Shown: piece after piece, positions 1 to 9,863 of the stretch
How positions within the stretch are numbered: position 1 is the first letter of the stretch
How the letters are laid out: the number at the start of each line of letters is the position of its first letter
Assembly (NCBI GenBank): GCA_016180645.1
Contig: JACPAV010000022.1
Coordinates: forward strand, 1 to 59,716
Reading direction: 5' to 3'
Origin: Nitrospirota bacterium
GTDB lineage: Bacteria > JACPQY01
DNA: 59,716 bases
The notes under the pieces: model-generated
What the model was told of the DNA's origin: nothing
Seen by the model: only the letters and a program-made list of their open reading frames with translations
The model's database searches: none
Made by a program: the position numbers and the translations under genes

Positions 1-211
1 GGTTAAGATAATCTCCTTTCCAAAGATCCTCTCGGTCACGAAGAAAGAGGACAGAATCACTGAACAGTTACAGGAGGACATTTTCACTGAACTACCACAG
101 TCAGCAGCCCTCATTTGACCCCCTCACCGGCGACGCCGACGCCTCCGAGGCGTTCCGGAGTGCGTGGCTCCGATTTCTGACTCTGGTGAAGGAATAGATT
201 TCGTCGGCTGC

Positions 212-1963
212 CTACAGCTTGAACCGGCTCATCCGCTGCATCAGTTCGGAGCCGAGCGCGGACAGAGTTCCCGCCTCCGTATTCAACTGCTGGAAGGCCG
301 CGGCGCTCTCCTGGACCAGTTTGGAAATGGATGTGAGCGCGCCGGCTACCTCGTCGCTGGCCTTGGCCTGCTGATCCGTCGCAACGCGGATCTCCGCTGA
401 CAGTTTCGACGCCTGGGCCGTGCCGGACAGAATCTCATCGAGCGCCTTCCCCGCCTGCACCGTGAGCGTGGCCGTTTCATTGGTCACCTTCGATGTCCGC
501 TCGACCGCCGCCAACGTCTTGTTCGCCCCCTCTCCGATGTTCTCGATGATGGACGTGATGTTTCCCGCCTCGGAGGCCGCCTTCTCGGCCAGCTTGCGCA
601 CTTCGTCCGCCACCACCGCAAAACCGCTGCCGGCCTCTCCCGCTCTCGCCGCCTCAATGGCCGCGTTGAGCGCCAGCATGTTGGTCTGAGCAGCGATCCC
701 TTCAATCGTCTTCACGATCTCTCCCACGCGCCGGCAGTTCTGGTTGAGCTGCGTCATGTCCTGCACGGCATCACGCACGGCCATCTCGGTCGCCTCCAGT
801 CCGCGCAGGCCTTCCGTCATGACATCCTTGCTCCGGCGCGCCAGTTCCGTGATCTCCTTCATTCGCGTGTCGGCGTGGCCGGAATTCGTGGCGACCTCCT
901 GAACCGCCGTCGCCAATTGCGTCACGGCCGCCGCCACGTCCTCGATCCGCGCCTGATGCTCCTGCACCGTGCCGATGGTTCGGCCCGACACCGCCTTGAT
1001 CTCGGCAGCCGCCGATTCCGTCTTGCGCACCGTCTCGTCCACGTGGGCCAGCAGTCCGCGCAAGTTCGTCTGCATGGTCGTAAACAGTCGTCCGATGTCC
1101 CCCGGAAGCGCGCCGTCCGTCCGGCTGAAATCCCCCTTCGAAAGCGTCTCCGTCTGCCGCGCGAGTTCACCCAGCACCCCGAGCACTTGGTTGAAGGAGC
1201 GACGCATCGCCGCGATCTCATCGCGCAGCTTGACCTCCAGCGGCTCCTGGTTGAGCTTCCCCCCCGCGAGGTCGTCCAGCACGCGCGTGACCTTCTGGAC
1301 GGGTTGACTGATCGTCACCGTAAACACCAGCGCCAGGACCATACTCAACATCACCGCCCCCAGAGCCGCGCCTGATCCGACGAAGGCCGCAAATCGTTTC
1401 CGAAGGGTCGCCAGGTGCTTGAGTGAAAAACTCATGCTGACCGCCCCCATGACCTCGCCCTTCTTGACATCGTGACACTCCCCGCAAGACCCCCGGGCCA
1501 CGATCGGCACCACGTAATCGAACATGTTTCCCCGCCCGTTCTTGACGACCATCGTTTGAGGGGCGCCCGAAGAGAGGGCCTCCCGCTCGATGTCATTCTT
1601 CGGCTGCTTCTCCGGACCGTGCGGAACGTCCTCATCCTCGTTCAGGACCTCCGCGTGGATGATCCGCAGCTCCGCAATCGTCGTGGATTCCAGTAGATGT
1701 TTGACGATCGATCCCGCACGCTCTCCTTCGTCGGCTTCCATAAGCTGGATGAGACCCTCCGTCACTGCCGTGCCCGTCATTTTCGCGGCGTTCAGCTCCT
1801 GCTCCAGCGAGAACTTTCCCTGCACCCACAGGGCGATGACGAGAATCGCCGCCATGACCAGCGCGAAATTGCCGACCAAGGTGACGATGACTCGTTGATT
1901 AAGCGACTTGAAGTTGAAAAGGCCGTCCACCCGGCGGACCCAACCGAGCACCATTTCCTTCAT
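212..1963 (-). CDS. Methyl-accepting chemotaxis protein with periplasmic c-type heme (CxxCH) sensor domain
   Basis: Two TM segments flank a periplasmic domain containing CGECH (Tll0287/DUF3365-like). HAMP region follows, then the MCP hairpin signature [38 protein letters not shown]. Confidence 0.93.
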   Translation of the reverse strand: MKEMVLGWVRRVDGLFNFKSLNQRVIVTLVGNFALVMAAILVIALWVQGKFSLEQELNAAKMTGTAVTEGLIQLMEADEGERAGSIVKHLLESTTIAELRIIHAEVLNEDEDVPHGPEKQPKNDIEREALSSGAPQTMVVKNGRGNMFDYVVPIVARGSCGECHDVKKGEVMGAVSMSFSLKHLATLRKRFAAFVGSGAALGAVMLSMVLALVFTVTISQPVQKVTRVLDDLAGGKLNQEPLEVKLRDEIAAMRRSFNQVLGVLGELARQTETLSKGDFSRTDGALPGDIGRLFTTMQTNLRGLLAHVDETVRKTESAAAEIKAVSGRTIGTVQEHQARIEDVAAAVTQLATAVQEVATNSGHADTRMKEITELARRSKDVMTEGLRGLEATEMAVRDAVQDMTQLNQNCRRVGEIVKTIEGIAAQTNMLALNAAIEAARAGEAGSGFAVVADEVRKLAEKAASEAGNITSIIENIGEGANKTLAAVERTSKVTNETATLTVQAGKALDEILSGTAQASKLSAEIRVATDQQAKASDEVAGALTSISKLVQESAAAFQQLNTEAGTLSALGSELMQRMSRFKL

Positions 1964-1967
1964 GCCT

Positions 1968-2276
1968 TCACCTCGCCGCCGGACGCCGTTCCTGGCCCGG
2001 TTTCAAGAGCTGGAAAAACGCCCCCTGTTCGCTCCGGACCAACTGGTAGAACTCGCAACCCATGCAACTCACCTCTTTCTCGGCAAAACTTCCCTGAACC
2101 TTCCCACCGCAAAATGTCCCCGCCACCGCCCAGCAAATCCGGCCGGCAAACTTTCCCCCATTGATGCCTCCACCGGATACGTCGCCGGACGCCGGACACA
2201 CCCCCATCTCGGGAACCTTCAATCCTCCGGGCTCGCGCCCGCATTTCTTGAACTCCCAGCAGTTCGTCTTGGCCAT
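1968..2276 (-). CDS. Two-CW domain Cys-rich small protein
   Basis: Pattern NCWEFKKC...CPA...[12 protein letters not shown]...CMGCEFY. SD GAGGAGG upstream; ends 4 nt before the MCP start. Confidence 0.85.
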   Translation of the reverse strand: MAKTNCWEFKKCGREPGGLKVPEMGVCPASGDVSGGGINGGKFAGRICWAVAGTFCGGKVQGSFAEKEVSCMGCEFYQLVRSEQGAFFQLLKPGQERRPAAR

Positions 2277-2406
2277 TTCAGCCTCCTCTCGATTCGATGC
2301 GGAAGTCCTACGTTTCCGATGGAACCCTCGAAAACGGCTCTCGGTTCACCCCTTCATCGGCCATGCCCGTTGGGCCTATCGATAGCAGTTGCCACGGCGT
2401 CCTGAA

Positions 2407-2486
2407 ATGACCCAAGTCATGAACGATTAGCTGATGTGGATCACCATTCAAACATGTCAGACCGATTCTTTGTTGATCGCACTCAT
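2407..2486. promoter_or_regulatory. Cluster of three FNR/Crp-like boxes in the divergent promoter region
   Basis: ATGAC-CCAA-GTCAT (2407-2420), CTGAT-GTGG-ATCAC (2431-2444) and TTGAT-CGCA-CTCAT (2473-2486). All resemble TTGAT-N4-ATCAA. Confidence 0.55.
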
Positions 2487-2521
2487 GTTCTAAGGCGGAT
2501 GTCGGTCTGTACCATGGGACT

Positions 2522-4375
2522 ATGGAACAGATCACCGCGAATCCTCCGGCCACTTCCGTAGCTCCCCTTCCCGAGGCGGGAGCCGGCCGGTTCACCCGCG
2601 CCGAGCAGCGCATCCGAAAAGGCCTCTGGATCTATCTCGTTATTCGGTGGGTGATCGCCGGCACCCTCTCACTCATTCCCATCATCATCGTCCCCTTCGG
2701 CCTCTCCATGGGCAACGGCTTCCTGGTGGCCGCCTTCGCGTGCATTACGCTGAGCAATGTCCTCGTGCACTGGCAGTTCCGCCGGCTGATTCAGACGCCC
2801 AAACTCCTGCTCCTGTCCTTCATCTTCGATTCGGTCCTCGCGGAAATCGTGATCCACGTGGGAGGCGGCGACGCCTATGGCCTCCGTTACTTCGGTCTGA
2901 TCGTAGTTCTCTTCGCAACCACATTGCTCCCCCCCCGCTTCTCGCTGGTCTCGGTCGGCTCGTTCCTACTGAGTCACGTCGCTCTCGAAACCTTGGAGTT
3001 CCTCGGTGGGTTGCCTCCCGGCCAAGGCATGAATGCGTCCGCCTTCACCCCCCTTGAGCGCCTGTTCTACGGAATCGTGCCCGACGCGTTTATCGTATGG
3101 GCGGTCTGGTGGGGCGTGGCGATGGTCACGGATCAGCTCACAAGGGAAATTCGATCCGGAGAAGAACGCGCGGACGAACTGGATGTGCTCGTCCGCTCCG
3201 CCACCGAGCGCATCGAACAGACCCAAAAGGCGCTGATACAGTCCGAGAAACTCTCGGCACTCGGACAGGTCATCTCCGGCGTGACGCACGAGCTCAACAA
3301 CCCGCTCACCGGCGTCATCGGGTACGCTCAACTCCTGAAGGAGTCCGCATCGAGTCCCGATCAGCGGGCGATTCTGGACAAGCTCCTGCGCGAAGCCGAA
3401 CGCTCGAAAAGGATCGTGAACAATCTTCTGGTCCACACCCGGCACTATCAGTCCGAGAAAGTCCCGATCGACCTGAATGCATTCGTGCGCGAGGTGCGGG
3501 AACTTCGCGAATACCAAGCGGGACTCCAGAACATTCGCTTCGAATGCGAATTGGATCCAAATCTTCCCAAGACGATGGGAGAGCCGGACCACCTCCGCCA
3601 AGCCCTCATCAACATCGTGCTCAATGCAGAACAGGCGTTGCAAGATAGACTGGAATCCGGCCGGAAAATTCGAATTTCCTCGCAGGTTGAACCGCCATCT
3701 TTGCCCGGAGCGAACGGGTTCGCACATGGACGAATCCGGATTGCCATCTGGAACAACGGCCCGGCGATCCCGCCCAATGTTTTGTCTCGTCTGTTCGAAC
3801 CGTTCTTCACCACGAAACCCCCGGGCAAGGGGACGGGGCTCGGCCTCTACCTGGTGCACAATATTCTTGTCGATCACGGAGGATCCATTCGCGTTGAGAG
3901 TGATCCATCGCGGGGCACGACCTTCACTCTGGATCTACCTGTTATCCCGTCGCCGGCACCCGTTGCGGCTACGATACCGGTCCCCCCTCATGTCGAGACT
4001 CCGGCCCCAAAGCCGCCCAAGCTTGTCCTAGTGGTGGATGATGAGGACTTCATCCTTGACCTCCTGTCCCAGGCGCTGAAGTCGGACGGGCACCGCGTCC
4101 TTACCGCCCGAGATGGAGTCGAGGCGCTCGATGTGCTGAAGACCGCCGAGCCAGGCGTCATCTTGATGGACTTCCGAATGCCGCGTATGGACGGTGAGTC
4201 ACTAGTGGGCGAAATCGAACGCTGTTATCCGGCCCTGATGAACCGTATGGTCATCATGTCCGGGAGCAGCGGACTCGGAGGGCTCGATCGCCTCCTCCGA
4301 GAGAAACCCCATCTGCGGCACATCCAGAAACCGTTCGACCTGAGGGCGGTGAAGGCATTGATCGGCTCGATGTAA
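2522..4375 (+). CDS. Membrane-bound hybrid sensor histidine kinase with C-terminal receiver domain
   Basis: About 6 TM helices; H-box GVTHELNNPL; N-box LINIVLNA; FEPFFTTK and GKGTGLGL; receiver VLVVDDE...ILMDFRMPRMDG...KPF. Confidence 0.93.
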   Translation: MEQITANPPATSVAPLPEAGAGRFTRAEQRIRKGLWIYLVIRWVIAGTLSLIPIIIVPFGLSMGNGFLVAAFACITLSNVLVHWQFRRLIQTPKLLLLSFIFDSVLAEIVIHVGGGDAYGLRYFGLIVVLFATTLLPPRFSLVSVGSFLLSHVALETLEFLGGLPPGQGMNASAFTPLERLFYGIVPDAFIVWAVWWGVAMVTDQLTREIRSGEERADELDVLVRSATERIEQTQKALIQSEKLSALGQVISGVTHELNNPLTGVIGYAQLLKESASSPDQRAILDKLLREAERSKRIVNNLLVHTRHYQSEKVPIDLNAFVREVRELREYQAGLQNIRFECELDPNLPKTMGEPDHLRQALINIVLNAEQALQDRLESGRKIRISSQVEPPSLPGANGFAHGRIRIAIWNNGPAIPPNVLSRLFEPFFTTKPPGKGTGLGLYLVHNILVDHGGSIRVESDPSRGTTFTLDLPVIPSPAPVAATIPVPPHVETPAPKPPKLVLVVDDEDFILDLLSQALKSDGHRVLTARDGVEALDVLKTAEPGVILMDFRMPRMDGESLVGEIERCYPALMNRMVIMSGSSGLGGLDRLLREKPHLRHIQKPFDLRAVKALIGSM

Positions 4376-4398
4376 CCTATTGTCACCACGCTTATTGT

Positions 4399-4412
4399 TT
4401 GACTTGGGTCAT
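4399..4412. promoter_or_regulatory. FNR-like box upstream of the Crp/Fnr regulator
   Basis: TTGAC-TTGG-GTCAT; 13/14 identical to the reverse complement of the 2407-2420 box. Confidence 0.6.
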
Positions 4413-4448
4413 ACATGATTGATTGACTCGGGTGCACACTGCTCCTGA

Positions 4449-5198
4449 ATGGCCACGAGGAGGCGTTTCACAGGAGCTGGAAAGGCCGCACCGGACGGGG
4501 ATTCAACGCCGAAGTTATGCGACCTGTGCAAGGTGCGCACCCCATGTATCATCGGAAAACTTTCTGCGCTCCCGGATGCCCAGAAGAACTACTCGTTGCC
4601 CGGAGTGCCTCAGACCTTCCGCAAGCGGCAGATCATCTTTCAGACCGGCTCCAAGCCGTACGGCCTCTACGTCGTTTGTTCCGGCCGGGTGAAGGTGTAC
4701 AAGAACACTCCGTCGGGTCGGCTCCTCACCACGCGTATCGCATCGACGGGCGAACTTCTCGGTTATCGAGCCTTCTTCGCCGATGAGACCTACGCGGCCA
4801 ACGCCGAGACTCTGGAGGATACCAGCCTGCGTTTTCTGGACAGGGAAGTCGTTCGTAAGCTGATCCTGACGCAACCCCCGCTGGTTGAAGAAATCCTCCG
4901 CAAGGTCTGCCTGGAACTTCGCTATTCCGAGGACACGCAAGTAGAGCTCCTATACAAGCCGGCGCATGATCGGCTCCGTGGACTCCTGGTCCATCTGGGA
5001 AAAATCTATTCGTCCGACCTGGATCAGAAGGAAGTGGTCATTCCGCTCACCCGGGATGAAATCGCCGATCTGGCCGGTCTCACCTCGGAAACCACCATCC
5101 GACTTCTCCGAGAATTCCAACAGCAGGCCATTGTCGGTACCTCCGGCTACGGCCGACTTACCGTCCACCTCCAAGCCCTCCGCCAGGAAGCCGCGTAG
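4449..5198 (+). CDS. Crp/Fnr family transcriptional regulator with N-terminal Cys cluster
   Basis: CDLCKVRTPC at the N-terminus; cNMP-binding-like domain (LYVVCSGRVKVYK...GELLG); HTH LTRDEIADLAGLTSETTIRLL. Confidence 0.92.
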   Translation: MATRRRFTGAGKAAPDGDSTPKLCDLCKVRTPCIIGKLSALPDAQKNYSLPGVPQTFRKRQIIFQTGSKPYGLYVVCSGRVKVYKNTPSGRLLTTRIASTGELLGYRAFFADETYAANAETLEDTSLRFLDREVVRKLILTQPPLVEEILRKVCLELRYSEDTQVELLYKPAHDRLRGLLVHLGKIYSSDLDQKEVVIPLTRDEIADLAGLTSETTIRLLREFQQQAIVGTSGYGRLTVHLQALRQEAA

Positions 5199-5259
5199 CA
5201 CCCCGCCCCGAATCGATATCCAACCGCATCCGCCTCGTTACCTCCACTCTCGACCCCTG

Positions 5260-5318
5260 GTAGGCGCACCCTTTACGGGTGCGTCCTCGGCAAAGCGCAA
5301 CCTGAAGCTGACGGCTAC
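5260..5318 (-). repeat. GTAG-type REP-like doublet (copy 1)
   Basis: GTAGGCGCACCCTTTACGGGTGCG...CTGAAGCTGACGGCTAC. Its reverse complement aligns with 12423-12478. Confidence 0.75.
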
Positions 5319-5350
5319 CGCAACGATTGGGCACGGGTTCGTCTTTTTCC

Positions 5351-5364
5351 CTGATCTGGATCAT
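5351..5364. promoter_or_regulatory. FNR-like box upstream of the porin gene
   Basis: CTGAT-CTGG-ATCAT, about 49 nt before the ATG at 5413. Confidence 0.55.
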
Positions 5365-5412
5365 AGTAGACATCCATGCGCCGCATCAGACTCCGGGGAA
5401 AAGGAGAGAGCC

Positions 5413-6660
5413 ATGAAACGCAGAATTGTGAGCACAATGTTGACTGTCACGGTCGTATTATTGGGAGGGATTGCGACTGCGCGAGGCGATGCAAAGGTAT
5501 CTCTCCAATATCGGCCGCGGATCGAGAACAAGGGGGCCGGGTACCGAACGCCGAAGACCGAAGGATCTTCCGGCTATCTCGAAGCCTCGCATCGGGCCCG
5601 TCTCGGAATCAAGGCCACCCACCCGGATGTTCCAAATGTCAGCGGCGCCGCCGAGATCCAGGACGTACGATTTTTCGGCGAGGAATCGGACACGCTCGCC
5701 GATTACACCGCCGACACCTTCGATCTCCATCAGGGATTCGTGGATGCGTTCGATGAAATCCGCCACATCGGGATCCGCGTCGGACGGCAGGAACTCAACT
5801 ATGATGAGCACCGGCTGTTGGGTAACGTCGACTGGACGCAGCAAGGCCGATCCCACGACGCAGCGGTCCTTCGCTGGGAATCCGGTGCGTACGCCGCCCA
5901 TCTCGGAGGTGCGAAACACCTGAGCGCCGCTCGACTCCAAGGGGGAACGTACAAGAAAGCCTATCCCTCTTACACGAACTACAACGAACTCCTCTTCCTG
6001 TGGGCGAAAGCGCCCGCCGGACCTGTCTCTGCGAGCTACTACGCGGTGTTTGACACGCCGCCGAAAATCTCGACTCGATTCACCACAGGTCCGCGCCTCG
6101 AATCCTCGGCGGGCGGTATCCAGTCGCGCGCCGAAGCCTACTACCAAATCACGAAACAGCGCGACATGGACCGGGCAAGCGGCTACCTGGTCGGCCTGTC
6201 CGCGGGGAAGTCCTTTTCGGCCGGTCCCACCGGTTACTCCACCACGGCGGCTTACGACTTCAGCTCGCCCGATTTCGGCAGCCTATACCCCACCGCCCAC
6301 AAATGGTTCGGCACGATGGATCTGTTCCTCGCATTCCCCGCCGACACCAACAGCAAAGGCTTGCACGATCCCGCGCTGAAACTGTCGGCGACGGGCACCG
6401 ACTGGAAATTGCTCCTCGACCTGCACTATTTCATGCTGGCTGAAGATGTGAACGGCGAAAAGAATCTCGGCCCGGAAGTGGACATCACACTGCCGGTGAA
6501 GTTCAACAACGTCCTGACGCTCACGGCCGGCGTGAGTGCCTTCTTCCCCGGTCCTGGCATGGAAAACCTGAAAGGAACGACACCGGAGGGTGGGACCTTC
6601 ACACCGGCAAGTCTCGAAACCGGGTACTGGTCGTTCCTTATGTTGGACGCGAAGTTCTGA
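5413..6660 (+). CDS. Alginate-export (AlgE-like) family outer-membrane porin
   Basis: SD AAGGAG then signal peptide MKRRIVSTMLTVTVVLLGGIATARG; motif GRQELNYDEHRLLGNVDW..GRSHD; C-terminal Phe. Start moved from 4966 in the ORF track to 5413. Confidence 0.8.
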   Translation: MKRRIVSTMLTVTVVLLGGIATARGDAKVSLQYRPRIENKGAGYRTPKTEGSSGYLEASHRARLGIKATHPDVPNVSGAAEIQDVRFFGEESDTLADYTADTFDLHQGFVDAFDEIRHIGIRVGRQELNYDEHRLLGNVDWTQQGRSHDAAVLRWESGAYAAHLGGAKHLSAARLQGGTYKKAYPSYTNYNELLFLWAKAPAGPVSASYYAVFDTPPKISTRFTTGPRLESSAGGIQSRAEAYYQITKQRDMDRASGYLVGLSAGKSFSAGPTGYSTTAAYDFSSPDFGSLYPTAHKWFGTMDLFLAFPADTNSKGLHDPALKLSATGTDWKLLLDLHYFMLAEDVNGEKNLGPEVDITLPVKFNNVLTLTAGVSAFFPGPGMENLKGTTPEGGTFTPASLETGYWSFLMLDAKF

Positions 6661-6666
6661 AAGCGC

Positions 6667-6752
6667 CGTGGTTCGACTCGCTCACCACGAGCGGTTTTCC
6701 AGGTTGCATCAGGGTCTGAACCGCTCAACCTGAGCTTGTCGAAGGGGGAGCG
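6667..6752. repeat. Palindromic intergenic element of the TTCGACAAGCTCA type
   Basis: CGTGGTTCGACTCGCTCACCACGAGCGG...CCGCTCAACCTGAGCTTGTCGAAGG; two inverted related halves. Only one copy in this window. Confidence 0.5.
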
Positions 6753-6806
6753 AGGGGAAAGGAATTCCGCGGGAATTCGGGCGAGTCTTCGTGTAGACTC
6801 CGCGCC

Positions 6807-7316
6807 ATGCACTGGCTCTACGAGGCCTCCGTGTGGCTCCACATCGTCGCGGCAGCCGTGTGGCTCGGCGGGATGGTCTTCGTCGGCGCCGTAGTGGTTC
6901 CCGTCTCTCGCAAGCCCGACTTCCAGAAATCGGCCGCGTCCCTCGTGCACCACACCGGGATCCAGTTCCGGCCGGTCGGATGGATCTGCCTCGGCCTCAT
7001 CGCCTTCACAGGCCTTTTCAATCTGTGGTACCGAGGCGTTCGCGCGGAGGACCTTGTGAGCCTCAACTTCTGGCGCATGCCGTTCTCACAGGCACTCGCT
7101 TACAAGCTCATTTTGTTCTATGTCATCCTCGTGATCAGCGCGGTGCATGACTTCTATCTCGGCCCGAAAGCCACCGCGTCCTGGATGGCAGACCCCAATT
7201 CCCCGAAAACGGCAAAGTATAGGAATCTGGCTTCCAAGCTCGGCCAAATCGGACTCCTGATCTCGCTCGCCATCGTGGCCTTCGCCGTGATGATGGTCCG
7301 CGGACTGCCGTGGTGA
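6807..7316 (+). CDS. CopD-like / DUF4149 family 4-TM membrane protein
   Basis: WLHIVAAAVWLGGMVF, LIAFTGLFNL, KL.L....SAVHDFYLGP. Confidence 0.75.
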   Translation: MHWLYEASVWLHIVAAAVWLGGMVFVGAVVVPVSRKPDFQKSAASLVHHTGIQFRPVGWICLGLIAFTGLFNLWYRGVRAEDLVSLNFWRMPFSQALAYKLILFYVILVISAVHDFYLGPKATASWMADPNSPKTAKYRNLASKLGQIGLLISLAIVAFAVMMVRGLPW

Positions 7317-7331
7317 TGGGGAGCAGGAAAG

Positions 7332-7383
7332 GTAGGCGCAGCCTTCAGGCTGCGTCCGGTTCGCGGGCTGAAGCCCCATGCCA
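7332..7383 (+). repeat. GTAG-type REP-like doublet (copy 2)
   Basis: GTAGGCGCAGCCTTCAGGCTGCG...CGCGGGCTGAAGCCCCATGCCAC; same architecture as the copies at 5260 and 12423. Confidence 0.65.
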
Positions 7384-7397
7384 CGGAGGGTATGGGA

Positions 7398-7444
7398 CCA
7401 TGATATGTCGCCGCACCACGGATGGTGCGGCATGGAACATGGCC
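7398..7444 (+). repeat. 47-bp dispersed hairpin repeat (copy A)
   Basis: 41/47 identical to the reverse complement of 24434-24480. Confidence 0.85.
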
Positions 7445-7459
7445 CGCGGCTACCGCCGC

Positions 7460-9850
7460 ATGGGTCCAAGCGCCAAGAATCTCGTCTTCGCCAACGCCCT
7501 CCTGATTTTCTTCCTCGCCTGCACGAGCAAGAAAAAAGAATGCCCTCTCCCCGAACCGGCGCCCATCGCCACCGCCCCCGTCGGCGATCTCGGCGACGGC
7601 ACGTACAAACTTTACACGGGTCGCCGGATCACTCCGATCGGCCGACACCTGGAAGTCGGGACATTCCCCCAAAACCTTGCGCTTTCCCCATCAGGAAAAC
7701 TCCTCGCCATCAGCCACAGCGGCGAAAGCGACGAGAAAAATGAGGAGAAGGAGAAGCAGACGGTCTGGATCGTTGACGCGGCCACCATGACCACCCTGAA
7801 GATTATTCAAGCCGATGCCTTCTTCTACGGCCTCGCGTTCAGTCCCGATTCGAAGCTGCTCTACGCTTCCGGTGGTGGAGGCAACACGGTTCACGTGTAC
7901 GACGTGACCTCGCCGACCTACCGCGAGGTCAATCCCTTGAAGGTGGAGGACTATCCCAGCGGCGTGGCCGCAACTCCCGACGGGAAACTCCTCCTCGTGG
8001 CCCGGCTTCACGAACACACACTGTCCGTCTTCAAGACCGGCACCTACGAGAAGCTCGCGGACCTGCCGACACAGGCGTATCCCTACGGAGTAGCCGTAAC
8101 GCCGGACAGCACGAAGGCGTTCGTCTCCAACTGGGGTGACTCCTCGATCTCGGCGTTCGACCTGACCTCGCTGAAACCCCTCGGGCGCATCGAGGTTGGA
8201 AAGAATCCCGAAGGGCTCGCCGTTTCCCCGGATGGGAAGAGCCTCGTCTCCTCCAACGCCGACGCGGATTCCCTCAGTTTCATCGATACCGCCACGCTCG
8301 AAGTCACCCGCACTCTCTCCCTGAGGGCCCGTGCCGAGGACGCCCCCGGCGTCATGCCCGTGGATCTCACGTTTTCACCCGATGGCAGTCGGCTGCTCGT
8401 CGCGTGCAGCGGAGACAACATGATCGCCGTCGTCGATGTCGCCGATGGGAAAATCATCGGCAAGATCCCTTCCGGCGCCTATCCCACTTCGGTACGAACC
8501 GATGGAAAATCGCTCTACATTCTCAACGGCAAGGCGTTCGGAGCGCGACCCAATCTCAAGAACGAATTCATCACCTCCATCGTGTGGGGACATCTATCCA
8601 GCGTGGACATGCCGTCGGAAGCGGATCTCCCCTCGCTCACGGCCAAGGTGGACGAGAACAACGAAGATCGGCTGAAGCACTTCTTCGGGCTCGGTCCGGA
8701 ATGCCAGGCGACTAACGGCCCGGTGCCCATCCGCCATGGTGATAAGTCCGCACAAATCAAACACGTGGTCTACGTAGTCCGCGAAAACAAGACGTATGAC
8801 TCTCTGCTCGGGGATCTGGGCGGCGAGGCGCGGGGAGAGCCCAGCTTCGCCTTGTTCGGTGAAAAGATCACGCCGAACCTCCACTCGCTGGCCCGCCGCT
8901 ACGCCAACCTCGACAATTGCTACTACGAGTCCGAGCAGTCCCTCCAAGGTCACATCTGGATCTCCGGGGGATGGACCAACGATTTCGCCGAACGAAACTG
9001 GACCGCCATGTGGGCGCAGAAAGGCGTGGGGCAGTTCTTCCTGCCCAACACCGAACCGGCGGCGCGCGGCGGCGAGCCGCTGTTCTATGACAATCTCATC
9101 AAGCACGACGTCTCGTTCCGGGTTTACGGAGACCCCACGGGGATTCTCACGGGACTGTTCGACACCTTCAGGAACAACATCGATTTCAAGTACCCCACGT
9201 GGTCCATCCAGATCCGTGATCAGGACAAGATCAAGGAGTTTTTCCGCGAATTGGATCTCGGCATCTTCCCTTCATTCGTATCGATCTGGCTTCCGAACGA
9301 TCATACGCGCGGCACTTCTGCGGGGGCCCCAACGCCCGAGACGATGATTTCGGACAACGACTACGCCACCGGCCTCCTCATCGAGAAGCTGAGCAAGAGC
9401 CCCTACTGGAAAGAGACGGTCGTTTTCATCTTCGAAGACGATCCCCAGGGAGTGCCGGACCACATCGATGCCCACCGCGGCCCCTGTCTCGTCGTCGGTC
9501 CTCAGGTGAAGCGTGGCTACACATCCCACGTCCACTATTCGTTCCCTTCCTTCCACCGGACCGTGGAACTGATTCTTGGGATGCAGCCGCTCAGCCGATT
9601 CGATGCCCTTGCGGCGCCGATCCTCGACGTGTTCACCCAATCGCCTGAAAATTCAGAACCGTTCACTCCCGTCGCGCCGGACGTCCCCGTGAGGTACAAC
9701 GCGCCCGACGCCTACGGCGCGGCGGAATCGGCGAAAATGGATTTCTCCACGGCGGACCAGGCACCCGGGCTTGGCCGTGTTCTGTGGCACCACATGAAAG
9801 GTCCGAAAGTTCCGTTCCCCTCCGCCTATGCGGATGAGGACGATGATTGA
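7460..9850 (+). CDS. Lipoprotein: YncE/YVTN beta-propeller fused to phosphoesterase (alkaline-phosphatase superfamily) domain
   Basis: Lipobox FFLAC; repeated P.G.A.SPDGK blades; IKHVVYVVRENKTYD, WLPNDHT and FEDDPQGVPDHIDAHR motifs. Start is 7460 or 7439. Confidence 0.88.
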   Translation: MGPSAKNLVFANALLIFFLACTSKKKECPLPEPAPIATAPVGDLGDGTYKLYTGRRITPIGRHLEVGTFPQNLALSPSGKLLAISHSGESDEKNEEKEKQTVWIVDAATMTTLKIIQADAFFYGLAFSPDSKLLYASGGGGNTVHVYDVTSPTYREVNPLKVEDYPSGVAATPDGKLLLVARLHEHTLSVFKTGTYEKLADLPTQAYPYGVAVTPDSTKAFVSNWGDSSISAFDLTSLKPLGRIEVGKNPEGLAVSPDGKSLVSSNADADSLSFIDTATLEVTRTLSLRARAEDAPGVMPVDLTFSPDGSRLLVACSGDNMIAVVDVADGKIIGKIPSGAYPTSVRTDGKSLYILNGKAFGARPNLKNEFITSIVWGHLSSVDMPSEADLPSLTAKVDENNEDRLKHFFGLGPECQATNGPVPIRHGDKSAQIKHVVYVVRENKTYDSLLGDLGGEARGEPSFALFGEKITPNLHSLARRYANLDNCYYESEQSLQGHIWISGGWTNDFAERNWTAMWAQKGVGQFFLPNTEPAARGGEPLFYDNLIKHDVSFRVYGDPTGILTGLFDTFRNNIDFKYPTWSIQIRDQDKIKEFFRELDLGIFPSFVSIWLPNDHTRGTSAGAPTPETMISDNDYATGLLIEKLSKSPYWKETVVFIFEDDPQGVPDHIDAHRGPCLVVGPQVKRGYTSHVHYSFPSFHRTVELILGMQPLSRFDALAAPILDVFTQSPENSEPFTPVAPDVPVRYNAPDAYGAAESAKMDFSTADQAPGLGRVLWHHMKGPKVPFPSAYADEDDD

Positions 9851-9863
9851 TGGAGGTATCACC

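Noticed and set aside
4966-5412. N-terminal extension of the porin ORF in the ORF track
   Set aside because: It overlaps the Fnr gene and a REP element. The SD and signal peptide point to a start at 5413.
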